Positions 1 through 12,916 of a stretch of 64,000 nt of DNA are shown here, in pieces. The translations under genes were made by a program, and so were the position numbers. This DNA is from Cenococcum geophilum (Eukaryota), in NCBI GenBank assembly GCA_050273025.1, contig CP158635.1:9052001-9116000 (forward strand), written 5' to 3'. The notes beneath the pieces are model-generated. The model was not told the origin of the DNA. It searched no databases and saw only the letters and a list, made by a program, of their open reading frames with translations. Position 1 is the stretch's first letter; every line of letters begins with the position of its first letter.

Positions 1-1830
1 AGTCTAGTTATAATCATATTAGTTAGGCGGGTCAATTAAAGTAGGTTAGAGTTAGGCGTTAAATTGCTGTACTTCTTAAGAGCGTAGAGTGGTGCTAATA
101 GAAGATCTTAATTAAGCATATACTCCTTTATAAGTATTTATAGGATTAAAGAGAGTAAGGTTATATTCTTTAACACCTTAGCATACGCTAATGACTTAAT
201 TACGTAGGCTAAAGTCCTCTTAATATAATTCGGATAAACCACGCTAAATTATCTAAAGTTAATTAAAGAGCTTTTAAAGATAATTAAGCCGAGGGATACC
301 TGGGTTTATAGCAATAATCCTTAAAAAGGTAGTCTCTCTTTATTCTAATATATACTGCTACTTATTCTCTTCTATTTTAAAGTAGTATCTTAACTTATAT
401 ATTATGCGGTTAAAATCGTATCCTTTTCCTGCCAAATAATTATAATAGAAGGTACTAGCTTGGCCCTTAAGCATAACGGAATAGGCGTTATAGTATTAAT
501 TAGACTCTATTCCTACCTTCTAGCAACAGTTATAGAAGATATATAGTTTCGAATTAAGAACATTATATAATTCCCCACTAAACTTCCTCTCCTAATCTAA
601 ATAGAGCTTCGTAAGCTCTATAAGCAATTTTAAACTGCCTCTAATTTAAGATTAAGATAGAGGAAGTAGGGGTTGTATTATAGGCTGTAGTAGGGATATA
701 GGTCTAGTTGGTAAAGTCTAAAGGTTATTAAATTGCGAAGTAATAGAATCCTATGCCTGCTCTCGTTAGGGTATAGTATCCAATATTAAGGTTACGGGTT
801 AAATTAGATATAGAGGAGTTGAAGGCAGAGGTAGGTTTGTCTCTAGAGGTATATTGCTTAGGTTCTATTATAAGTTAAGCTTTCTTATAGTGCGTAGTTG
901 GTGCTTAATCTCTTATAGAGTCTATTTATGCTCTTCTTTTGCGTCAATAACCTACTCCTAAATATTGTCTCTAATAGTACCCCCGTCCTTAGGGATAAAT
1001 ACTTTATTCTCCTAAAGGAAGTTACGGAAGTCCTATACAATATCCTTATTTATAGGGGCCTATATTTCCTTTATCCATCTAATAAAGTCCTCCTTTATAT
1101 ATTCCCATAGCGCGGTATTATTGTATTTACTGTCCTTATAATATGCTATACGGTATAATAAAAATCTATTTAAGTCTTATTTATTAGCGTTTATAAGGTT
1201 AATTATAGCTTTATTCTATATCTTTAGGTTAATATCTTCCTTATACTTCTTTGGGTAGGTTAACGCTATAGTAGGTATAGAATTAACGGGGTGTCGTACG
1301 TTAAAGGTAGGTAGGATTTTCGGTTTTATAGGATCTCGTAGGTTCGCTGTTAAAAGGTAGACAATTTAAGATGTAGTTGACGCGTTTCGGACGTTGACTT
1401 AGGACCTTAGGTTTAGTGACACTTCTAACCTAAAGTACTCGACCAAATCTTCGTAAACGTAGTTGTTCTGCGTAATAGACGCAACTTAGTATCTCCTAGT
1501 ACTTAGTGATACTTCTGTTACTAGTTTTCCGTAAGTTTAAGGTAGTATAGTGTTGCCGGGATCTATTCCATATAAGCGCATATAGCACCCCTATATGAGA
1601 CTGTCTCTTCTATTTAAAGACCTAGCTGCTCTATAGTTAACTGTATATTCAACCACTGATTAGTATTGGTCATATAGGGTGACTTACTAATAATGACTAC
1701 TTGAGTAGGGTTACAGTGATATTGGTTAATAAAGCTTATTGATTGGAATGAGGGAGGGCGAGGAGCTTAAGGCTCCTCGCCACGCTAGTGCCGCGGCGTC
1801 ATGTGATGACCGCTTGCCTCATTCCCGACA
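1..1830 (-). mobile_element. Ty1/Copia LTR retrotransposon copy 1 (5' LTR and gag region; remainder lies left of the window)
   Basis: 1-1830 aligns by eye with 60247-62166 of the complete Copia copy. It ends in an LTR (...ATTCCCGACA at 1830) and directly abuts Gypsy RT sequence. Confidence 0.93.
1664..1830 (-). repeat. 5' LTR of Copia copy 1 (167 bp, short variant)
   Basis: TATTGG (RIPed TGTTGG)...CCCGACA. It is homologous to the 208-bp LTRs at 56057 and 61959 but lacks ~41 bp of the internal tandem units. Confidence 0.92.
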
Positions 1831-4457
1831 ATAGTACTTAGAGTTCGTTTTAGGACATCCTATATAGGGGTCTAAATCTAGGCTGTTTTCCTTCTTTAAG
1901 TATGATCTTATGGTTATATAATTAGTGTTTTAGTAGCTTATCGGCTTTCTTTTATAAGAATACCTTTAGGCGGTTATAATACTCTACTAATACCTTTATA
2001 GCAGGGTTGGTGTGCTGCTTTAGTGCTAAGGCCTTTTTAATATTAGCTATTATAATAGTAAAGATTATATATTTAGGTTTCTTAGTAAGTCGCGCTAGTA
2101 GGGTAGCTCTAATTATACAGATATTTAGAGTGCTAAGCTTACTTAGATTATCTATAGTTTCTTATTTAGGTTTAGGTTCGGTATTAGGTACGAAGTTAGT
2201 ATTAGATTTAGGTTTGGGTTTTTTTAAGAATTCTTTTTATAGTAGGATACTAGTCCTTCTAGTATTTTTATATATTAAGTTTAAGCCTCTACTTTACTTA
2301 GGGCGGCGTAATAGTTGTTTTATATAGTTTAGTATAATTTTTAAGTCCTTAGTAAATGTTAGCGGAAATCTTATAGTAGAATTTAATAGAATTCTCGGGC
2401 TAATGAAATTAAGTGGATTCTTTAGGTATAGGGTGGATATTAGTAGAAATCTTAGGCTAGTAGATCTTAGTAGATTTCCTAGATTTTAATTTAGGGTTAG
2501 GGTAGTGCGTTATAAGATACTTCTACTTATAACGGAAGGCGGTAAATAAAAGCTTAAGGTTATCCTAATTAATAGTTACCTTATATAGCTTTATTTAGGG
2601 TTGTTTAAGGATTATTAAGTAACCTAAGGTAGTTATAAAGAGCTTAATTAATTCTTTATAGTTTAGGTATTAGAGTCTTAGGGCCGCTACATAAGTAATA
2701 CGGCCTAAGATAGTACGTTTACTATTAAATCTAAATACGTTAATATACCGGTTAAGGGGTATTAGGGTAAGCCTATTATCTTATATAAAGATCTTATTAA
2801 TAAATCCTATGCCGCTTGCTCCTATATTAATTAGGACTTAAGCATTAGCCTATTAACCTTTCTACTAAAGATAGTAGTTAATAGTTATACTACGGTCCTA
2901 AGAGTTAGGGTTTATAATATTTAATGCGTTTAATAAGATCCTATAATATAGCTATCCTAAAAAGCGACTTAACGCTAAGACATGCCTTTTAGTGGCGAGT
3001 GGGAAGGGGTTCCTATAGAGCGTCGGTAGCTTTGCCCTTATAAGTAGTACTTACTAAACATAGGGCTGGAGCTATGTGAAGACCGGGGACAGTAACTAGA
3101 AGATCGATACGGTAAACGGTTATTAGTATTGGCTGTTTATAAATCGTGTTAGGGTATAAGGATAGAGCAATATTTTAAGATATAAGCCTTACTTCTATAT
3201 TTAAAATAAAGGCCTAGCTTAATACGTCGTTCTTATTTAAAGGACCCTAGTAAAGCGTACTCTAGGGTTCTAGAGTTAATGTCTATAGCGTTAAAGTATT
3301 TAGGCTAGAAAGATGACTTAATAGGGGCTTATAGGGCTGTTGTATTATCCCTTGCACGGATAAATACGTCCTATAAAATGTGGCCCGTGCGCACCAATCA
3401 ATAAGGTGCATATACGGGCGGTAAGTTGTTCTGCCATATCACCAAAGGAGAGGCTTGAAGGCAGGTAATGGTTCAGGCTCTGGCGGTGGCCTTTTTGCGA
3501 CCCGATTTTTGGAAATAAGATATTAAATGGGCTGCGCAAGGTCTATATCATTGGATGTATAGTTACGCACCATCTTAGTAGTGTTATTTGTTTACATTTG
3601 GACACCAAAAAGTTGATGTTCTTGACCCCGCGCACGGGCCACAAAATATAGGACCCTATCCGTGCAAGGGATATTAAGGGGTAGGTGTTAATAATAGACG
3701 TAGTATATTATTATACCGTTTATCAATAACGTTTACGTAGGCGTTAAGGGCTTTTAGTAGGTCTATACCTATTAGGGAAGTTTTTAGTTTGGACTTAAGG
3801 ATTTAATAAGACTGTTAATTAGTGCGGAGTTATTCTAGCCTATTTCCCTTCTATAGCGGTTAAATTTAGAGAAGTATACTAGAGGGCTTTTCTTTTTTTT
3901 ACTATATAGTTTATCTTCCTTTAAGTATTAGCTTAGCGATTTGGGTTACTATATATAGCTTTAAGAAGTCTAACTAGGCTTTATACTAAGTTTAGCTAAA
4001 AAAGTTTAATAAGGTTAGCTACCTCTCCTTCTAGTTAACTTAGGGCGTAGTAAAGTTAGTTAGCTTTAGTTAGGTAGCGGTTAGTATTACTAGTTAGCTT
4101 ATTCTTAAGCCGGCTTAAGAATAATTAAAGCTTTTATTATTTACTGGTAAATACTAAAGGGTCTAGTAGTTTCTTGGATTAATACGGTATAGTAGTTAGT
4201 TTGGGGTGGATAGTAGCTACTAGTTTAGGGCTTACGTTTTATATAATAGCCTTTAGGGATAGCATTTGGTCTTAGGGCCCTAGCGTAGGTATCTTAAGGA
4301 TGCGGATTTCTTCTTAAAGGGCTTTAATTAATTCTTAGTGTTAGGCCTTTTATTATATAAAGGCGTTGGCAAAGGACGTCTATAGGCCTATTATTTGCTC
4401 TTTAAGCATAGTAAGTATATCGGCTGCCATTATAGGAGCTTTAGGTGCGTTCTGCAT
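1831..4457 (-). pseudogene. gag-protease-RT(start) of Gypsy family B, RIP-inactivated, with a MITE inserted in gag
   Basis: Gag, zinc-knuckle, protease and RT motifs in order on the minus strand, with many TAA/TAG stops. Confidence 0.88.
3348..3671. mobile_element. MITE (324 bp) with ~45-bp imperfect terminal inverted repeats
   Basis: Left end TCCCTTGCACGGATA..GTCCTATA....TGTGGCCCGTGCGC; right end GCGCACGGGCCACA....TATAGGAC..TATCCGTGCAAGGGA. Both sides are flanked by TA (extendable to TATTA at 3343-3347 and 3672-3676). No transposase; CpA/TpG retained. Confidence 0.93.
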
Positions 4458-4491
4458 TTTAGCGGTAGTATAGGTATTTAACGCAATATAG

Positions 4492-4694
4492 TGTTACGGA
4501 GTAAGCATAAGCGGCGATAATATATAGCAAAGTAGATATTATTAAGCTATATATATAAACTAAGTAATAAGGTTAAGACGTTGCGTAAGGAGAAAAGGTA
4601 GGAAAATAGGAAGAAAGGGTATATATTATTAACTTAGGTATATTTATAAGAGTAAATCTACATTAGGAAATGGATGCTTCCTTTACGGGTAACA
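4492..4694 (-). repeat. 5' LTR of Gypsy family B (203 bp)
   Basis: TGTTAC...GTAACA inverted termini immediately upstream of the gag ATG. The partner LTR is not in the window. Confidence 0.8.
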
Positions 4695-4959
4695 CGCCCT
4701 CGCTTGTTGGCTCGCCGCTTTATCCTGGCCCGTACTTTAACCTCATTATATAAAAGCGTCCACCTCTTACCGTTTTACTTTCCCTCCTTTATCTTCTTTT
4801 TCTCCCTAACGCCGCGTATCCCTCTTATTAGATATTATCGCCTCAGTTAAACCTCCTCGCTCCGCCCCTAAGCTATTTTATTCCCCTATTAGCGTCCGCG
4901 CATATATAAGCCCTACTACTTCCCTTAATTTCTATATCTTAGACTAATAGTAGTATAGT

Positions 4960-6319
4960 ACCTTTTATACTCTCTAATAACGACTTCCTTTATACTCTCT
5001 TTATAGTAATAAATAAAACGGCTCTTTCTACTCTTGTCGCTAGAGTAGTAATTACTATTTATTCTTTCTATAGCCCAACCTTAAGAGACTTGTCCCACTT
5101 ATACGTATAGGTATTTATAATATTTAAAGCTTTCCCCCCTTTTATTTAAGTTATTTCTTTACCTTTAGGGAGCTACTACCCGTAGCTGCTAATTGACGGG
5201 ATCTATAGGAATTACTACGCTAGTAATACTGCCTGCTTAATTTTTCTAGGAGAGTTTTTTTTAAAGTAATAGCGCCTAGTCCTTTACTGCCGTAAGCCCC
5301 CTTATATTACTAGATAGGCCTTATATCTTATTACATTTTAGCTAGTAACCCTACTTAATTATACAGATATTCTCTCCCTAAAACTGGCTGTATGCTATTA
5401 GCCCTAAGTTACCTTAAGTTAAGAATTTATAACTTAGTCCCTATTAGTATAGCTATAAATAGCTATAGGGGGCTATATTAGGCATTATTCGAATAGATAT
5501 TATATAGAGTATCGCCTAGGTGGCTATATATACCTACCTAATAGTATAGTTATATTACTACGAATGTTTCGAAGACGCCGTTTAATCTACTAGTTTAGGG
5601 CTAAGGGGCTATTAGCTTTACCTAACCGCTTAGCGGTAAAGTAGTAAAGAATTAATAATCTGGGCTCCTAAGCTATAGGGCTATAGTAGAAACCACCCAG
5701 ATTAAAATTAAAAGGTTATAGCTTTTAGGCGTATAATAGTTTAGCGGTATAACTATAAAGGAATCTCTAACGCTAGCTAGCTATATTAGGAGGGCAAGTA
5801 TTAAGCAGCACCTTATATAGTCTTTTATCTAGTATATTTATAGACATATATACGATTACCGTGTAAGTGGTAGGCGTATCTGTTACTAGGCGGTTAGTAT
5901 TAGAGAGCCCTATCCGCTACTAATAAGGATACTACTTTCTTCCGTTATAGAGAGCTTATAACACGCATATATAAGTAGGGCTTTACCTATAAATATAAGC
6001 GGCGCAGAAGATAAGCTGGGTTAGTATTATTAGGAAGCAAATAGATATATTAGCGCTGCCCTTTACTAAGGAATAAGGGTAGAGAATTCGCGCTATTAAC
6101 CTCCTAATAAGGGGCTAAATGTAATAGCTGTGTTAAAGCTAAACATGCTAGCTTGGATAGGCGGATATAGTTTAAGCGTAATTTGCTAAGGGTGTTAATT
6201 AGGCGCTAGAATTTAAGCCCTTATAAACCTTACCCTATAAATAGTAATTAACCCTAGTTTATACCGGAGGCATATATATTAAATACTTTAATTCGATAAG
6301 AAACCTAGATCAGGGGTAA
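4960..6319 (+). pseudogene. RIPed hypothetical protein gene (~400+ codons)
   Basis: One long frame is interrupted only by TAA/TAG. It lies downstream of a TATA-like TATAAAAG (~4750) and a pyrimidine-rich leader. No recognisable domain; boundaries approximate. Confidence 0.5.
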
Positions 6320-6366
6320 GGGGTAAGGGGCAATAGGCGAAAGCTAGTGGCGAAGGGAGGACTAAT

Positions 6367-6431
6367 ATGCACTTAAAAAGACCTTTAATTCCCCTCTAAA
6401 GCTTTTAAAAGCTATAAAGCAATAGTAACTC

Positions 6432-6463
<32 letters not shown>

Positions 6464-8472
6464 GTACTATCTTAATCTTTATTTTAAATCCCTCCTAAAA
6501 TTTCGCTTAATAATAATAATTTCTATACTAGTCCTCCTAAAAAATTAACAGCTTTATTTTAGCACCATATAATTATAGCCCCTAAGAAAAACGCGAGTAG
6601 TAAGCCTAAAAGAAGGAGTAGGGGAGTACCTCTTTTCCCCCTATAAAGTTAAGAAGTATTATAAGCTTAGGTAATTAACGGCACGTTATTCTACCTAGGA
6701 TTTTAGTTTAGAGATTCTGTTTAATAAAGCGCCTATAGACCATATATATAATTACGAGAAAGCTTATAATAAGTATTATAAGAATAATAAGGATAATGAG
6801 GATAACGAGGAAGATTTCTATAGGGATAGAAATAATAGTTAAGTCGCTGGAGGAAGTAGTTAGTAATTATCCTAACGATTACCTTACTATTTTCTCTTTT
6901 TCCCTAGCAGTTCTAAATATATAGTTTTAATAACTAGTAGTAAATCTAATAGTTATTAAAGATAATATAGCCGATCTAGATTTGGAAGCTAAAGGTAATA
7001 AAGCTAGTAACGCTAATAATAAAGCTAACGGAGCTAGCGAAGCCAATAATTAACTAATACCTTATAGATTAGGTATACGCTTCCCTTTTTAATTTATAAT
7101 AGCCTTATTTAATAATCAGTAGATAATAGGAATAATAGTAGTAATAAGGGCGATAAAGATAATAAGGAGCTGCCTTTGTTAGAAGCGCTAGAAGAGGAGG
7201 TATATATATTTATATATAATTATACTATACCCTTAACGCCAGATAGTAATTAAACGGATAATTTAGTAGAGGGGTATTACATTAAAACCGTTCCGTAATT
7301 TAGGTAGGAGTTTAGGATATTAGTTATTACTAGTTAAGAGCCCTTAAGAGCCTAGATATTAAAGAAGCGGAGGTTTAATTATATTAAGTAACTAGATAAT
7401 ATTAATTATATCTTTAATACTTCTATTAGCGAGAGTAGTAAAAGCTTATAACCTAGGAAGTAATAAAGCTTACTAGCTTTTTAAAAGACCTCGCCTTCTA
7501 GCCTACCTACCCTTAGCCTTAATAATAGCGATAAATATATTAAGAAGCGAGTAGCCTTCGCTACGTAGTCTACTAGCCCTTCCCTTTAGTAATCTTTATC
7601 TTTTTATAATGTTAGATTACTATAAGATAAGGTTAATAATAATTATAATTAAATTCTTAACGATCTTGTTAATGGCTCGGCTAAAGAATGCGATTATAGT
7701 AATAATACTAAGGACGGCGAGGTTGTAGATAAAGGTAATGCTGAGAACTGCAACTACGAAAGCAACGATAGCGGCGATATAGATAATAACGACGCTAGGG
7801 ATAGTAATAGTAGTAGTAGTGATAGTAGCGATAATAATAAGGGTGACGAGGCCTATGGGTATATAAGGTAGTGAGAATCACTAGCGTCTATTGGTGGTAA
7901 ATTGGAAATAAAGCGTATAGTAAAGCATTATCATTAGCGGTCTTACTTTTCCCCTTTAATTCCATCTATATACACGCCCAGCTAGAGCACTACGCTTAGC
8001 AGCGATTATTATAAGTAGGTTAGATCCCCTATATATAATCACCTCTATACCTAAAAGCCGCTATTAAACTTAGCTTTTAACTCTAACTCTAGTAAAGTAA
8101 TACTAGGGGCCGTCTTAAATACTAATTTAGAAGAATAGTTAATCTAAGTAGCTCTTTAGCGCTAGGAAAACGGGTTATATATACTAGATATTCTTCCTTA
8201 ATAATTCCCTATACCTTTTAACCTAGTTAAGCAGCCTTAGAAGCTAAAGCCCTAAGAGCTAAAGTTTAGAGTAAAATTTAGTGAAGTAGAAGACGCGCTG
8301 CTTATTAAATTAAAGAAGGAATATAATCTTTTATGGAAATAGATTAAAGACTACTTTTTAAAGAGAAGTCTTAGGTTACTACAGGCGTATTATTATTTAA
8401 AATTAAAGGCCCGGCCTACTGTAAAGAAGAGAAGAGGGTAGCCTACTAGGTAAAAGAGATAGTAATAATAGT
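6367..8472 (+). pseudogene. Acidic low-complexity protein with C-terminal Myb/SANT-like domain
   Basis: ATG at 6367, a poly-Asn (de-RIP poly-Asp) tract and putative introns. At ~8265-8410 it reads RVKFSEVEDALLIKLK..YNLLWK*IKDYFLKRSLRLLQAYYYLKLK, matching the F(S/T)xEEDxLLxxLKE..LxWxxIxxxFPxRSxGSLQxxYxxKLK Myb/SANT pattern (one apparent frameshift). Confidence 0.75.
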
Positions 8473-8499
8473 AAGGCCCTTCTTTCTAGCTATATATTC

Positions 8500-9760
8500 T
8501 ATTTCTAGCTTTATCTATTTATAGCGCACTTTTTATAACGTCTTATAATTTCCCACTATTAACCCTTTTCTTAGTACTATAGTTGTAAAGCGGTTATAGC
8601 TTTAGTATATATTGCAAACCTAAGAGGTATAAAGATATAGGCTTAGTGAGTTTCTATATAAGCTTCTAATTGTTTACAGAGACTATAGTTTTATTATTTT
8701 ATAGCGTTTAAGGCGTAATAGGAATTTAATATTAGTGTTTTAGGAGGTATAAGCTTAAGATAATATGCTAGGTCTTAGGCGTGTCTAGTTATATAGTAAT
8801 ATATATTATAGGGTAGAGCTAATATCCGTACCTAGTATATAGTAAGAACTTACTAGTATAGAAAGGAAGTGGATTTTTAGGAGGTTAAGGTAACGTCCAT
8901 CTATATATAGCGGAAAACTACCTATACTAGAAAATATAAGGGGTACTTTAACTTTACGCGACTATAACTCTATATATATGTTAAGCTTTACTAGAATATT
9001 ATATAAATAGTTTACTATGGCTACTTTTGAATATTAAGGACCCTTTTAACTTATAATTTATATTTATATGGTTGCTATTCTTGCCTAATTTGCTTAAAGC
9101 CTTCTTTTATAGCGAAATAATATCCTTTATTTATAGCGCCACTATTAACCTTTTACCACTTATAATATATATATAAGGGCCGTATATAAACCTTAGAGCC
9201 TTATTACGTTAGTAAGAAGTTACTATTAGTAGTATACCTGCTATCGCGCGCAAATTTATATAACGTTGCTACCCCTATTGGTATTTCTAATAAAAGTAAT
9301 TACTAATCCCGGGCTAGTATAAAGCGATCCTATATATTAGACGTAATTATTATATTATAATTTATACTTATATTATTTAAAAGCTAAGCTTATAGCTATT
9401 AGGCTTATAGCTGTAGTAAAGCCTAGAGAATAGTTGCCCTAAGGTGTTACTGGTACTGCTATAGAGAACGCCCTTACTAGCGCCGTTTTTAAAACCGCCG
9501 CGTACTCCTGGACTGCGTAACGGCTAAGGTCCTACTACCTTTTAAACTTTACTTCCTTTATTGCTAACTTAATTTAATAGGCCCTCTAGTACCCTAAAGA
9601 TTATCTTATTATCTATAGCGACCTTACGCGTTTATAATTTGTTATAGACTAATTCTATTGCTAAAGCGGCGTGGCTTAGCTCCTTATAGGGGGCCTAAAG
9701 TCTATAGGTAGCCTAATATAGGTACCTTAACTTATTTTAACGCTTTGCTAATATTTGCTT
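8500..9760 (-). pseudogene. RIPed hypothetical multi-exon gene
   Basis: Minus-strand frame with TAA/TAG-only stops and an intron-like GT...CTAAC...AG near 9200-9240. No domain recognised; boundaries approximate. Confidence 0.35.
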
Positions 9761-9859
9761 TTACCTAGACCGATTAAATACGCGACTAGTAAAAGTAATA
9801 TTACCACTAATATACCTTCTTAACGCCTACCCTTTCGAAGTATAGCTAATCTATAAATA

Positions 9860-10618
9860 ATATCTATTTAAGATCTTTCCCCCCTATATAAAGCCTTCTC
9901 TAAGGAAGATAATAATTAGGGCAATCCGATATTTTTATACTTGTTATTTAGGTTTATTACTAAAGAATATAATGCCTACTTTGGTAAGTCTAAGCTTAGA
10001 AAGTTTAATTTAACCCTAAAGGATATTAGGAAAAGCTTAGAACTCCTTTTAGACGAAGATGTGTACCCTAAGGCGCCCTTAAATATTATAAACTTTGCGA
10101 TACTAATAAGCGGTAACGTCTTTATAAAAGGATTAAAGCTCTACTTAGACTTTTAGGGTATAGGATTATTACTAAAGCTTATTCTATAAAAAGTAGAGAT
10201 TATAGAGCTCCTAATATATAAACTACATCTAAATATTATACGTTATTATGGCTGCTTAATTAAATATAGTTATATTATTAGTATTGTCTTAAACTAATAT
10301 TTTATACCCTTAAAGGAAAGACTAAAGAATATTATATAAGATTTTAACGTTAATAAATTTATAAATAGATTAACCTTTATAGTCTACTATCTTTACTTAC
10401 TTAAGCTAGCCTATAATAACCTCTGCCTTATAAATATAATGATTAACAAAGCCAATAATAATACGCCTACTATTATTAATTTTAGCTCTTGCTAGCTATT
10501 TAGCCGCAAACTTATTACTACTAGTATGCTAGGATAGATTAATAAAGATTTCGTTAACTTGGCGCGGGATTATAATAATATTGCTTTAGGTAAAATTTAA
10601 ACCTAGCTTAAAGCGTAA
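9860..10618 (+). pseudogene. Ser/Thr protein kinase-like gene (253 codons, single frame), RIP-inactivated
   Basis: FIKGLKL, KLHLNIIRYYGCLIK (HPNIVRYHGC), LAYNNLCLINIMI (LAHNDLxPxNIM catalytic loop), IINFSSC (IIDFGSC), TSMLG*INKDF (GTPGWIDEDF). Includes the supplied ORF 9941-10156. Confidence 0.9.
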
Positions 10619-12149
10619 TGGTAAGGTAGAAATATTAGATAAATAAGGTACTAGGAGGATTAAGATAGTAATACTATAGTATTATTATGCTTATCTATTC
10701 CTTTTTATACCTAAATATATCTATTATATCTTAATTATAACTTAACTCTATATGTACGTATTCTACTTATCTATCCTATATATCGCTGGCTAGGACGAGG
10801 TATTTATTAAGGTATTTATTGGTATAATATATCGCGAAGATATATAATAAGTTGTGCGTTTATAGTCTCTCTGCGTTTTAACTCTTTATATCTATATATT
10901 ACCTTAGGCATTAATAGTAATTTTAATTATTATATAAAGCTCGTACCTAATACTATTAGACTTGGCGTATATTATATAACTAATGAACTAATATCTTAAG
11001 GGGGTATAGTGAGATGAAAACGGATATAGAGTGGCTGGAAGTTTGTCTTTAGAGGAGTAGAGTAGGGCGAGGAAGCTAAAGGCAGCCTTACTAAGCCTAC
11101 TCGCTTCGCTTATATATTAATAATAGCGATAACTACTTTTATAGTTCCCCTTAAATAAGGGCTAATTCTTATTAAAGCGTATATAATATTTAGTAGAGTA
11201 AATAAGTAGATGGCTAATAAAGACCTAATAAAGACTAAGTGCTAAAAATAGCTAACCCGCTCGCAACCGCTTAAGTAAGAAAGAAAGTTTTTAGAAGAAC
11301 GCGCTATAACTAACTTATTTTAGTAAAGTATAAAATATAATATAATTAGCTAATATTTTATTACGTAAGCTTACTAAATCCCTACGCTAAAATATAAAGT
11401 ATATATCGGCACGGAGAAACTTTTTAGTGTATACTTTTTAGGGGCTAAGTGTTAGCGACTTAGTTAAGGTATGGGTACGGCATAAGGGACGCGTAAGTCT
11501 GTATAATTGGATTGTCTATAAATAAGAATCTAAAGCTAAAGAAGAGGAAAGGAAAAGATAAGTAGTAACGCGAGGAGTTATATATAATCCCTAGTTACGT
11601 AAGAGTTATATAAGCTCTGTGTCTACTATAGCGTCTACTATAGCTACTGCTTTTTGCTAGTGCCGTAATATTAAGCGTCTTTAAATATTAAAACTTTTCT
11701 TTTCTTCTTATAGGAGTATTATATTAAGGTACCGAAATAAATTATTATATAAATAGTTTTGGTAGAGTAGGGGTGTAAAGTAAAAGTAGTTTTAGACGTA
11801 TTAAAAAGAATAACTAATAGTGTAATTAAGAGCGCTGTATTTTTTAAGCTGTATAATAGCATTTTAGGGAGAAATATATAAAGAATAGTACTATATAGTT
11901 ATAACTTAATAAAAGGGCTAGGGAGAGTGTTAAGTTAGCTAAATAATAGATTAATTTTAGCATAGGTGGTTTTCCGCTATATATAGATAGACGTTATATA
12001 GGAAATAATTACAGTAATTAGTGGGAAGAAGAGTTAGCCAATCTATAAAATTTTATATTTGCTATATTATTAAGAACTATAAACCTGCTAATTAATCTAT
12101 ATACTAGAGTTAGACTACCTTTAGGTTAATCTTTACCTATTCTTTAATA

Positions 12150-12916
12150 TTAGATTAAAGGACTGCTTATACTACTATACTAGTCTATAGATTTTAGACT
12201 ATTACTTTCGCACTCTAGAAGTAGTTGGACTATTATAGTATCTCTATATACTTTAGTTATAGATAATAGCGTTCTACCTAAGGAGTCCCTTAAGTTAATA
12301 TTAACACCCCTATACTTAACTAGAAGTTATACTTATAATTGACAGCCTATAATAATAGTATCTAACTAAAGCGGTCTCTTGTATTAATATAAATATTTTT
12401 ATATTTTAGAAGTAGTTAAACTATATCTTTATACCCCTTTTCTGCGGCTAATAATAGCGGTATCCGGCTGTTTTCCTACTTATAGTTTATATTAACGCTT
12501 TTTAAGAGTAGTTATACTACTACCATCTACCTAAACCTTGCGGCGTATAATAGCTTATAAAAAAAGTCCTCTAGGTTAAAACTGCTAAGCCTACTTTTAA
12601 TTAATAGCCGTATTACTAATTTGTGTCTATTCCTTACTGCCTATAATAAATCCGCACGCCCGTAGTATTGATATTAAGTTATTACTCTAATTTTAGCAGC
12701 TTTAAGAGATTTTTAAGCAGTTATATCTTGTCCTTGTTTTACAGCCTATATTAGTGCCGTACTATCCTCCTATTTAACGTTGTAGTAATAAAGGTAGAGA
12801 TTTAAAATACTATAGAGGCTGTTATTTATTTGGGCGAAAGCATTAATATCTCCCTCCACTTATAGGTTCTTGGCTATTAATAATAGTATTTTATTTAGTA
12901 GACTAAGCAGCAACAT
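12150..12916 (-). pseudogene. F-box-like + ankyrin-repeat protein gene, RIP-inactivated
   Basis: ATG at 12916: MLLLSLLNKILLLIAKNL*VEGDINAFAQIN (LLSLPNEILLxIAxxL..DINAF F-box-like), followed by ankyrin repeats STALI*AVKQGQ, LLYAARFR*MVVV*LLL, IPLLLAAEKGYKDIV*LLL and VNINLRDSLGRTLLS. Confidence 0.88.

Larger units (their letters stand above)
1831..4694 (-). mobile_element. Ty3/Gypsy LTR retrotransposon (family B), 5' half, interrupted at the RT start by Copia copy 1
   Basis: The minus strand gives a gag ATG at 4457 (MQNAPKAP..), a RIPed zinc knuckle (LGLYFKYRSKAYI = CFKCGSKAH) near 3200, protease VLINIGASG (DTGAS) near 2830, and the RT N-terminus EADKLLKH*LYNHKIILKEGKQPRFRPLYRMS*NEL near 1840-1950. 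LTR at 4492-4694. Confidence 0.9.

Noticed and set aside
928..1110. Supplied ORFs 928-1110 and 61195-61404 as a duplicated small gene
   Set aside because: Both are antisense to Copia gag and are duplicated only because the element is.
2007..2327. Hydrophobic 106-aa ORF as a membrane protein
   Set aside because: It is antisense to Gypsy-B pol, and the L/I/F/Y richness is a RIP composition artefact.
3345..3539. 64-aa ORF in the MITE
   Set aside because: It has no ATG, runs through the TIR and shows no transposase motif; it is open only because the MITE is un-RIPed.
6433..6462. (AAT)10 microsatellite
   Set aside because: It is in frame within the Myb-domain relic and is best explained as RIPed poly-Asp codons.
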